From Chthoniobacterales bacterium (lineage in GTDB: Bacteria; Verrucomicrobiota; Verrucomicrobiia; Chthoniobacterales; Chthoniobacteraceae), in contig JBBQZX010000002.1 of NCBI GenBank assembly GCA_038207335.1, positions 64,001-128,000 of the forward strand: a stretch of DNA of 64,000 nucleotides. Direction: 5' to 3'. The translations under genes were made by a program, and so were the position numbers. The notes under the pieces are model-generated. The model saw nothing but the letters and a program-made list of their open reading frames with translations. It had not been told where the DNA came from and searched no databases. Positions 39,404 through 48,045 of the stretch are shown here, one piece after another. Each line of letters begins with the position of its first letter. The first letter of the stretch is position 1.

Positions 39404-42400
39404 ATGACTACCCACGCCTTTCCTCTCCTCTGTAAACGCGTCGCTGCGGGCGTCGCGGCCTCGCTTCTCGTGCTCTCGTCGCTCACAGCCGCGCCGATGC
39501 TCCGCGTGATAAACACCGACGCTGATACCGACACATCCGACCCGATTACCGCAGTTCCGGCCCTCGTCCCGGTCGGCAAGACACTCATCTATCCAATCAG
39601 CGCGTATTCGGATGAGGGCCAGCCGCTCGACTTCACTGTCACCAGTGACAACCCCAAAATCTTCGCCCGCGTGCGCACGGGAAATCCGCTACTCGAGATG
39701 ACCGTCTCGCACGAAGCCGGCGACGATCCTGAAAGCGACCCCGCCTACACGGGCACTCTGGTTTTTCAGCTTTTCCGCGACTGGACTCCGCTCACAACGG
39801 GCTTCATCGGCGGATTCGCGCAATCGGGGTTTTACAATGACGTAATCTTTCACCGCATCGCCGACCTCACCGCGGGCAGCGGGGAGAGTAGCTTCATTTA
39901 CCAAGGCGGCGATCGCGGCACCCTGCCGGGTTTCAACTTCGACAACGAATTTCAGCCGCCGCTGATTTTCACCGGACGAGGCCAGCTCGCGATGGCCAAC
40001 GCAGGCGACAACCAGACGCTATTCAACGGCACGAACAACTCTCAGTTTTTCATCACTCAGGGAAATGAACCGGCCGTCTCCGGCGGCACCGCGTCACCCG
40101 GCGGACCGCGCCATCTCGATTTCAATCACACGATTTTCGCCCAACTCACGCACGGCTGGGATGTGCTGAATAAGCTGCGCCACACTCCGTTCACGAGCAG
40201 CACGCCGGACTCGGACGTCGTCATCACTTCGACGAAAGTCGTCGCACAACACCAGACCGCGGTCGGCGAAAATGGCGGTGCTCATCTCCTCAGCGACGCT
40301 CATCTCGTGCTTTCGGCGAAAGCACCGGGCACTGCGACGATCACCGTCCGCGTGAGCGACGGGCAGTCTGTTACGACGAAAAGTTTCACGGTCAGTGCAT
40401 TCGATGACGAGGTGAATGCGCCGCCGTTTTTCGTCCGGCCGAAGAACACCGTCGGGCCGATCAACCCCGGCATTCTGACCCTCCCGCTGCCGAAAGCGAT
40501 CGACCTCGAATACGACTACCCGATCGTCCGCAGTGGTCTCATTGACACCACACCGCACGCCGCGAGCGATCAACCCGGGAGCACCGTGCGCGTGCAGGGC
40601 GCGTCCGGCTACACGGGGCCTGTGCGGCTCGCCTTCGGCGTCACGCAATTCGATCCGAGCTACCGCGGCGCAGTCGATGGCGGCGGACGCGATTTCGACG
40701 ACCGCGCATCAATCCTAGTCGGCATCGGCGACAAGACCTTCGCACTGAAATCCACCGAGCTTTTCGCTGAGCCTGCCGCCGCGCTCACCGATGCCGCGGT
40801 CGCCACGCTGGTGGATACCAATCCCGGCGGCGGCCTCGCAGCGTTCACCTCCGTGAAGATCAACTGGGGCGACGGAACGCCGATCGTCAACGGCACGCTC
40901 GCGCCCGATTTCACGCGTCCCGTTTTCGGCGCGTCCGTCGTCCGCGGCACGCATACTTTTGCGAAAGAGGGCGTCTATACGGTGACCGTGGATGTCGCGC
41001 GAAATCGTGGTTTCGCCACCACTGCTCGCAGCACTGTCGTCGTCACTTCGCAGGAACTGAAAGCAGTCGGCAAGTCGCTCGATGTCCGCGGCGCGAAAGT
41101 CGTCCAGCGTGTCGTCGCCACATTTTCAGATGCCACGCCTTCGGCGAAAAAATCGTATCTCGCGACCATCGATTGGGGTGACGGCAAGACTTCGGCCGGC
41201 GTCGTGAAAAAAGCCGGCGCGTCAGCGTTCGCGGTGCTGGGCACCCATGTTTACAGCGATCCCGAGGACTTCTCCGTCTCGGTCAAAATCCACGAGATCA
41301 ACACGACCGCCGATCAAGACGCGCTGGCATGGAGCCGCGTCTCGCTGAGCGGCTTCAAGGCGCAGCAATATCTTCCGCCTTTCGACCAAACTCATCTCAT
41401 CGGCGAGATCAGTTCCATCGCATCCACGACGCGCGATCCGTCCGATCCGAGTGGCCAGACATTTCTCCCGAAGCCGCTCCGCGTCACCACCGGTTCCGGC
41501 ACTGCAAGCCAGACCTATTTCACCTGCTCCGTGCTCGTGCTGAACAGCGGCAACGTCACCTCGAAGCCCGGAACCCTCCGCCTCTATCTCTCCCGGGACA
41601 ACGTGCTGAACACCTCTCCCACCGCCACAGAACCGCGCGACATTCAGCTCGTCATCGGCACCGCAGCCCTCACGCAGACGACCATCCGCGCGCTAAAGCC
41701 CGGCCAGTCGCTGCGCTTCACATTCGACAATCTCGCATTCGACACGCGCCTGCGACCACCGCCCGGCGAGACCGGCACCGGCCTCAGCCTACTCGCGCAC
41801 ATGGACTACTCCGACCCGCTCGCCGATCACGAGCCGATCGCGCACGACATCGTCGTGGGGCCATTCAACGGCATCACCGTTTCGCCGACTTCCATCACTA
41901 CGACCGAGGCCGGCGGGCAAGGCACATTCACCGTGAAAATCGACCAAGCACCCGCGCCGAATCAGGTGCTCGTCCTCAATGTCGCGAGCTCGAACATCAC
42001 CGCGGGTACCGTCTCGCCGAGCATGCTCACATTCACCGCGAGCAACTGGCAGACGCCGCAGCAGGTCATTGTCACCGGCGTGGATAATGACGCGCCGAGC
42101 GGCAGCACGAGCTATCGCATCAACATCACCGTGAACGCGACCGCGACCACCGACCCGCGTTTCGCGCTGCTCGATCCCGCCGACGTGCAGGCCGTCAATC
42201 TCGACGACGAGCCGAAAATCATCGTCTCTCCGACGACACTCATGACTTCGGAAAATGGAACATCCGCGTCATTCAGCGTGAAGCTCGACAAACAGCCGCC
42301 GGTCGGCATGGACGTGACCATCCCGATCACGAATACCGACACCACCGAGGGCACGCTGAGCACGGCATCGCTCGTGTTCGATTCGACGAATTACAGCACT

Positions 42401-42553
42401 CCGCAAACCGTCACCGTCACCGGCAAGCCCGATGGAATCACCGACGGAAACATCGCCTACAAAATCAACGTCGGCCCATCGACGAGCAGCGCGCCGCAAT
42501 TCAACGGCGCGGTGGGAGCAGCGGTGACGGTCACGAACGTCAATATCAACTAA
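39404..42553 (+). CDS. Exported multidomain cyclophilin-type peptidyl-prolyl isomerase (Ig-like, 2x PKD-like, CARDB-like, 2x Calx-beta-like domains)
   Basis: Sec-type signal; FHRI, FIYQGGD, LAMAN, SQFFIT, HLDFNHTIF; two I(N/D)WGDG..H.(F/Y) domains; two V.PT...T.E.G...F.VK.D domains. Confidence 0.88.
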   Translation: MTTHAFPLLCKRVAAGVAASLLVLSSLTAAPMLRVINTDADTDTSDPITAVPALVPVGKTLIYPISAYSDEGQPLDFTVTSDNPKIFARVRTGNPLLEMTVSHEAGDDPESDPAYTGTLVFQLFRDWTPLTTGFIGGFAQSGFYNDVIFHRIADLTAGSGESSFIYQGGDRGTLPGFNFDNEFQPPLIFTGRGQLAMANAGDNQTLFNGTNNSQFFITQGNEPAVSGGTASPGGPRHLDFNHTIFAQLTHGWDVLNKLRHTPFTSSTPDSDVVITSTKVVAQHQTAVGENGGAHLLSDAHLVLSAKAPGTATITVRVSDGQSVTTKSFTVSAFDDEVNAPPFFVRPKNTVGPINPGILTLPLPKAIDLEYDYPIVRSGLIDTTPHAASDQPGSTVRVQGASGYTGPVRLAFGVTQFDPSYRGAVDGGGRDFDDRASILVGIGDKTFALKSTELFAEPAAALTDAAVATLVDTNPGGGLAAFTSVKINWGDGTPIVNGTLAPDFTRPVFGASVVRGTHTFAKEGVYTVTVDVARNRGFATTARSTVVVTSQELKAVGKSLDVRGAKVVQRVVATFSDATPSAKKSYLATIDWGDGKTSAGVVKKAGASAFAVLGTHVYSDPEDFSVSVKIHEINTTADQDALAWSRVSLSGFKAQQYLPPFDQTHLIGEISSIASTTRDPSDPSGQTFLPKPLRVTTGSGTASQTYFTCSVLVLNSGNVTSKPGTLRLYLSRDNVLNTSPTATEPRDIQLVIGTAALTQTTIRALKPGQSLRFTFDNLAFDTRLRPPPGETGTGLSLLAHMDYSDPLADHEPIAHDIVVGPFNGITVSPTSITTTEAGGQGTFTVKIDQAPAPNQVLVLNVASSNITAGTVSPSMLTFTASNWQTPQQVIVTGVDNDAPSGSTSYRINITVNATATTDPRFALLDPADVQAVNLDDEPKIIVSPTTLMTSENGTSASFSVKLDKQPPVGMDVTIPITNTDTTEGTLSTASLVFDSTNYSTPQTVTVTGKPDGITDGNIAYKINVGPSTSSAPQFNGAVGAAVTVTNVNIN

Positions 42554-42562
42554 TTTTCCCGC

Positions 42563-45556
42563 ATGGCTTCCCGCGAAAATCTCCTCTCGAAAATTTGGCG
42601 CAAACTGCTGGCGAAACGCGCAAAGCCCGCTCCCCTGCGCGCAGATAAACCTGCCAAGCGCCAGCCCGCCTCGACGCTCGAGCCGCTCGAGGGCCGCATC
42701 GCCCCGGCCGTGCTCGTGAACCCGACGACCATCACTTTTCACGACCTCGACAACGACCTCGTCACCGTCCATTTCTCGAAGGCCATCAACGCGAACAACA
42801 CGTCTCCGGGCTCAGTTTTCAGCTTCGCAGACGCGGACGGAAACGAGGTCGCATTTGGCTTCGACGGGCCACAGCAACTCCAGCTCATCAATCTCCTAGC
42901 GGTCAATTCTCCGAGCAATGTGAGCCCGGTGAACGGCACGTCGATCACCGTCACCGCCACGCCGCTTTCTGGCGAAAATCCCGGCGATGGCTTCACAAAT
43001 ATCGGCGCCATCCGCGCGAACGGGCTCGCGCTCGCAACCGTGAGCATCGATGGCGACCTCGGCCAGATCGTCGCCGGCGGTGTCACGAGCAAAACCGCGA
43101 TCAAGCTGCTCTCCGCGAACTCGATCGGTGCCGCGGCCGACTCGCAGGGAGACGACCCGAATTTCCAGAGCACCATCACCGGCGGACTCGGCGCGCTGAA
43201 AATCGCGGGCGACGTGAAAGGCTTCATCAACGTCGTCGACCGCAACGACTTTAGCGGCAGAACCCTCGCGGCGGGCAGCATCGGCAGCATCACGGTCGGC
43301 GGCTCGCTCATCGGCGACTCCGATGACGCGAGCGGCAGGCTCGGCACGATCCAAGCCGAGACGAATATCGGCCCCGTGAAAATCGGCGGCTCGCTGACTG
43401 GCGGCGCCGGTGGCATTTCCGCCGGGATCCTCGCGATCAGCGGCAATATCTCCAGCGTCATCATTGGCGACATATCCGCGCCGGGCAGCATCACCGGCGG
43501 CACCGGCGGGAACAGCGGTCTGATCTTCGCGGGCAAAAACATCGGGGCGGTCACGATCACCGGCGACGTCATCGGCAGCGGCTTCTCCGGCACCGCGTCG
43601 ATCCGCGCCGGTGGCGATCTCGGCGCGGTGAAGATCCTCGGGGACTTGATTGGCGGCTCCGCTTCGAACAGCGGCTGGATCACCGCTGGCGGGAAGTTGA
43701 AGAGCTTCACGCTCGGCGATTCCATTGACGACAATCTCGTCGGCGGCACGGGCGCATTCAGCGGCATCGTCACCAGCGGCGGCGCGATGGGCGCGGTGAA
43801 AATTGCAGGCAGCATCATCGGCAACGGCGCAAATTCCGGCGCGATTTCCGCGGATGGAAAACTCGCGTCCATCACCCTCGGTGGCTCGCTCATCGGCGGC
43901 GAAGAAATCGACGGATCGAGCGACCGCAGCGGCTTCATCGGCTCCACTACGAGCATCGGGAGTGTGAAAATCGCGGGCAGCGTGATCGGCGGCGGCGGCA
44001 ACTACAGCGCCACAATCACCAGCGGCGGAAAGATCGGCAGCGTCAGCATCGGCGGGCAATTGAAGGGCGGCGCGGGCGCGGACAGCGGCGTCATTTTCAG
44101 CAGCATCGACGACACCACTTCCGACGACCTCGGCAGCGTCACGATCAGCCACGGCATCGTCGGCGGCGCGGGTCCAAACTCCGGTTCCGTCATCGCCGAC
44201 GGACGGATTTTGAATATCAGTCTCGGCAGCGAATCCGCGGCCATCCCGGCTGCGATTCAAGGCGGGACGGGCACTTACAGCGGATCGATCTTTTCCAGCG
44301 CGACCATCGGCACCGTAAAAATCATCGGCGACATCCTCGGCGGCGGCGCTGCGAATTCCGGCTCCATCCAGGCAACCGGCAATCTCACGAGCGTGAACGT
44401 GATCGGCTCCGTGTTCGGCGGCACGGCGGATTTCACCGGCTCCATTTTGAGCCACGACGCCACGAGCGTGGACGGTCCGAAGCCCGGAAATATCGGCAAG
44501 GTCACGGTCTCCGGCGCGCTCGTCGGCGGCGTGGGATTCCACTCCGGCGCGATCGAGGCCGAGGGCAATCTTGGTACCGTCACAGTCGGCTCGATCTCGG
44601 ACGGCGGAGTCTTCGCCGGCACGAGCCTCGAGAACTTCGGTTCCGCCAAACTCATCAACGTCAAGGACGCCATCGCCGCCGGCACCATCGAAGTTGATGG
44701 ATCGGTCAGCGCCTTGAAGGTGAAGACCGACGTAACGCAAAGCGCGATCCGCGCGAGCGACGCGATCAAGTCCATCACCATCGGCGGCAATCTCGAGCAG
44801 TCGCTCATCTCTGCGGGCGGCGCAGCGGTCGCCGGGCGCACCGATGTCGCCATCGGCTCCATCAAGATCGGCGGCAAATCCGCGACCACTGGCAACGTCA
44901 CCGATTCACAAATCCTCGGCGGCTACGACCTCGACGGCGTCGTGAATCCCCACGCCCAAATCGGCTCCGTGAGCGTCACTCACAACTGGACCGCCAGCGA
45001 CCTCGTCGCGGGCGTCACCGATGTGGACGCCGACGGCTTCGGCGACCTCGACGACGCTCTCATCTTCACTCCCGGCGATACCTCCACCGTCATCGCGCGC
45101 ATCGCCTCCATCACAATCGGCGGCACCGTGAGCGGCACCCCGGATGCCGTGAGCACCACCGACCAGTTCGGCTTCATCGCGCGGCAGATTGGGAAGTTCA
45201 AAAGCGCCGCCGGCAGCGTCCCGCTCCACGCGCTCACCGCGGATGTCGCCACATTCGGCACCGACGTCACCCTCCGCGACTTCAACCTCCCGCAAGCCGC
45301 CCCGTCCGCCGGCGTCACGTTCAGCGGCGGCGGCTCCCTCATACAGTATATCCTTCTCCCCGGTTCTGGCGGGACGATTGCCATTCTGCCGGGGACAGAA
45401 GTCGTAGGTGGCCTCGGGAGCGCGACCGCGCCCCTCGTGCCTGTTCCTGGGACACCTGTGGTTCTCGAGCCTAGCGGCCCCGGCGGATCCGCCCCGATCA
45501 CAGCCCCCGACTCCGGCGGCATCATCCTAGTCAATTCGGGCGTCACTCCGCCCTGA
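42563..45556 (+). CDS. Gly-rich tandem-repeat (beta-solenoid) protein with LEPR-XLL/Planctomycete-extracellular-like leader
   Basis: Basic leader ending LEPLEGRIAPA; about 15 copies of a ~26-aa unit IG.V.I.G...GG.G..SG.I...G.; Pro/Gly-rich tail. Confidence 0.85.
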   Translation: MASRENLLSKIWRKLLAKRAKPAPLRADKPAKRQPASTLEPLEGRIAPAVLVNPTTITFHDLDNDLVTVHFSKAINANNTSPGSVFSFADADGNEVAFGFDGPQQLQLINLLAVNSPSNVSPVNGTSITVTATPLSGENPGDGFTNIGAIRANGLALATVSIDGDLGQIVAGGVTSKTAIKLLSANSIGAAADSQGDDPNFQSTITGGLGALKIAGDVKGFINVVDRNDFSGRTLAAGSIGSITVGGSLIGDSDDASGRLGTIQAETNIGPVKIGGSLTGGAGGISAGILAISGNISSVIIGDISAPGSITGGTGGNSGLIFAGKNIGAVTITGDVIGSGFSGTASIRAGGDLGAVKILGDLIGGSASNSGWITAGGKLKSFTLGDSIDDNLVGGTGAFSGIVTSGGAMGAVKIAGSIIGNGANSGAISADGKLASITLGGSLIGGEEIDGSSDRSGFIGSTTSIGSVKIAGSVIGGGGNYSATITSGGKIGSVSIGGQLKGGAGADSGVIFSSIDDTTSDDLGSVTISHGIVGGAGPNSGSVIADGRILNISLGSESAAIPAAIQGGTGTYSGSIFSSATIGTVKIIGDILGGGAANSGSIQATGNLTSVNVIGSVFGGTADFTGSILSHDATSVDGPKPGNIGKVTVSGALVGGVGFHSGAIEAEGNLGTVTVGSISDGGVFAGTSLENFGSAKLINVKDAIAAGTIEVDGSVSALKVKTDVTQSAIRASDAIKSITIGGNLEQSLISAGGAAVAGRTDVAIGSIKIGGKSATTGNVTDSQILGGYDLDGVVNPHAQIGSVSVTHNWTASDLVAGVTDVDADGFGDLDDALIFTPGDTSTVIARIASITIGGTVSGTPDAVSTTDQFGFIARQIGKFKSAAGSVPLHALTADVATFGTDVTLRDFNLPQAAPSAGVTFSGGGSLIQYILLPGSGGTIAILPGTEVVGGLGSATAPLVPVPGTPVVLEPSGPGGSAPITAPDSGGIILVNSGVTPP

Positions 45557-45580
45557 GTTGCGCCCGCTACATTTCACCGC

Positions 45581-45608
45581 GAACGTCCCCGCCTTTTCCA
45601 CGCTCTAA
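45581..45608 (+). promoter_or_regulatory. Possible ECF (sigmaE-like) promoter
   Basis: GAACGT-N17-TCTAA ending 10 nt before ATG 45619; resembles GAACTT-N16/17-TCTRA. Confidence 0.3.
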
Positions 45609-45618
45609 TCTACCTCAC

Positions 45619-47988
45619 ATGCGCCACTTCCCCTCCGCGATCGAACCCCTCGAAGCCCGCATCGCTCCCGCGGCCGTCCTCTACCATCCGCTTGCCGACA
45701 TCAGCGCCGGCTCCGTCGTCGATCTCTCGCATCTCATCGATCCCGCGCCAGTCCGCACCCAGGTCCAGTTCGTCACGAACTTCGACATCGACTCCACCAC
45801 CCCCGGCCTCCAGCCCGGCATCATCACCATCGAGCTCTACGACGACCTCGCACCCGGCACCGTCGCCAATTTCCTCAGCTACCTGAATACCCTCAACGTC
45901 CGCGGCGACTACGACGGCACCTTCTTCCACCGCATCTTCGACTTCGGCGCAGGCTCCGATCCCGGCGTCGATATCATCCAGGGCGGCGGCTTCGAGAGTA
46001 CCAGCCTCCACACCCACATCCCCACCGACCCGCCCATCGTCAATGAGTACCGCGAAGACCTCCAGAACGTCCGCGGCTCCCTCGCCGTCGCGAAAGTCGG
46101 CGGCGATCCCGACTCCGCCACCAGCGAGTGGTTCTTCAACGTCACCGACAACTCCTCCATCCTCGGCAGTGGCAACAACGGCGGCTTCGCAGTCTTCGGC
46201 CACGTCATCGCCGGCCTCGATGTCATCGATAAAATCGCCCTCTCTCCCAAGACCAATGCCGGTGGCGCACTCACCGACCTCCCCGTCCAGAACCTCGCCG
46301 CCAACGCCGCCGTCACCCCCGCCAATCTCATCACCATCACCGACGCCAAAATCCTGCCCGGCACGAAAGCGGACACCACCGGCATCATCTACGAAGTCGT
46401 CAGCGTCACCGATCCGATGCTGAATCCGAGCACGCTCGTCACCCCCACCCTCTCCGGCTCGGACCTGAATCTCGCCTACGCCGCCGGCCAGAGCGGCATC
46501 GCCACCATCACCGTCCGCGCCACCCAAAATGGCATGAGCGTCACCGATTCCTTCGACGTCACCGTGAAGGCCAACCTCTTCGCCGAGATCACCAGCGACA
46601 CCCTCGGCAATCTCCTCCTCCCCGGCTCCACCGGCGCAGCCAGCGTCAAGCTCTCCAACAACGGCCTCGCCACCGCCGCCACCAACGTCTCCGTCAAATT
46701 CTACCTCTCAGCCATCACCTCCACCGAGCCCGACGGCCTCACCTTCGACTCCTCAGACATCCTCGTCGGCGAGCTCGCCGACCAGCAGATCAATCTCGCC
46801 ACAGGCGCCAGCGTCACCCTCTCCAAAACCATCGACTTCAGCAAAACCCAGCTCATCGCTGGCACCAACGTCGCAACAGACTACAAGCTCATCGCCGTCG
46901 TCTCCCCCGCCACCGGCAGCGCCTTCGACGAATCCTTCACCAGCGACAACACCTCTGTCGGAGGCGGCACCCACAAGGCCGCAAACCTCATCGGCACCTT
47001 CACCGACGCCGATGGAATCCTCCACAAGAACCTCTCCCTGACCTACACCGAGCCCGATGGCGATATCGTGAAGCTCCACGTCACCGGCAAAGGCTTCGCC
47101 GAAATCCAGAGCACCGCCGACGGCATCGACATCCTCGCCAACGGAACCAACGCCCAGAGCGTCCTCACCGCCAAGACCGCCAAGACCGGCCACATCGCCC
47201 TCCACGACGTGCAGGTCACCTCCCAGCTCGGCAGCCTCGCCTTCGGCCAGGCCGATCTCACCGGCTCAGTCGTCCTCAGCAGCGGCGTCAAAAACATCAC
47301 CCTCGGCGACATCAGCAGCGACTCCCACCTCGCCATCGGCACCTACTTTCCCGGCAATACCAAAGCCGTCGGCATCAAGCTCGGCAGCGTCCACGACCTC
47401 CAGCTCAACTCCCTCATGCCCATCCGCAGCCTCACCGCCCGGGAGTGGCTCGACACCACCGGTGACCACGACAGCATCTCCGCCCCCTCCATCGGCACGT
47501 TGAAAATTACCGCCGGCGACCTCCAGGCCGACGTCCTTTCCTCCGGCAACGCCCGCGTCGGCACCCTCTCCGTCTCGGGTTCTTTGGAAAATTCCACCGT
47601 CCAGATCAATGGCGCCCTCGGGAAGCTCGCCATCGGCGGCACCCTCGCCGGCTCCGAGATCCATACCGGCGGCAAGATCGATAACGTCACCCTCGGCGCC
47701 CTCGACCACAGCGCCGTCTTCGCCGGCTCCGATACCCTGCCCACCGGCCTCGACGATATCGGCAGCGCAGCCATCAGCCGCATCGTCATCCAGGGCGCCT
47801 TCACCGACAGCCAGATCGCTGCCGCCCGCCTCGGCACCTTCCAGCTCAAAAGCGCCTCCCTCCCCACAGGCGGCATCATCGCCGACGCCATCAAGAGCTA
47901 CAACCGCACCGGCATCTCTCCCCTCAAAAACCTCGACACTCCCGGCACCTTCGACGCCCTCGACGATTACGCCGTTACCGTCGTCTAA
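45619..47988 (+). CDS. LEPR-XLL-leader cyclophilin-type PPIase with Ig/CARDB-like domains and C-terminal beta-solenoid
   Basis: MRHFPSAIEPLEARIAPA; IELYDDLAPGTVANFLSY, YDGTFFHR, IQGGGF, RGSLAVAK, SATSEWFFN, FAVFGHV. Confidence 0.88.
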   Translation: MRHFPSAIEPLEARIAPAAVLYHPLADISAGSVVDLSHLIDPAPVRTQVQFVTNFDIDSTTPGLQPGIITIELYDDLAPGTVANFLSYLNTLNVRGDYDGTFFHRIFDFGAGSDPGVDIIQGGGFESTSLHTHIPTDPPIVNEYREDLQNVRGSLAVAKVGGDPDSATSEWFFNVTDNSSILGSGNNGGFAVFGHVIAGLDVIDKIALSPKTNAGGALTDLPVQNLAANAAVTPANLITITDAKILPGTKADTTGIIYEVVSVTDPMLNPSTLVTPTLSGSDLNLAYAAGQSGIATITVRATQNGMSVTDSFDVTVKANLFAEITSDTLGNLLLPGSTGAASVKLSNNGLATAATNVSVKFYLSAITSTEPDGLTFDSSDILVGELADQQINLATGASVTLSKTIDFSKTQLIAGTNVATDYKLIAVVSPATGSAFDESFTSDNTSVGGGTHKAANLIGTFTDADGILHKNLSLTYTEPDGDIVKLHVTGKGFAEIQSTADGIDILANGTNAQSVLTAKTAKTGHIALHDVQVTSQLGSLAFGQADLTGSVVLSSGVKNITLGDISSDSHLAIGTYFPGNTKAVGIKLGSVHDLQLNSLMPIRSLTAREWLDTTGDHDSISAPSIGTLKITAGDLQADVLSSGNARVGTLSVSGSLENSTVQINGALGKLAIGGTLAGSEIHTGGKIDNVTLGALDHSAVFAGSDTLPTGLDDIGSAAISRIVIQGAFTDSQIAAARLGTFQLKSASLPTGGIIADAIKSYNRTGISPLKNLDTPGTFDALDDYAVTVV

Positions 47989-48045
47989 GAGGGCGGCGCA
48001 CCTGAACTCGGAAAATCCGGCAGGCTCTCCGGGTGGTAAGCGCGC

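Noticed and set aside
42896..44740. Long antisense or alternate-frame ORFs (also 17983-19383, 20883-22223, 24438-26027, 34979-36655, 57459-58835, 62292-63830)
   Set aside because: Shadow ORFs expected from high GC and strong codon bias; fully overlapped by well-supported genes and lacking motifs.
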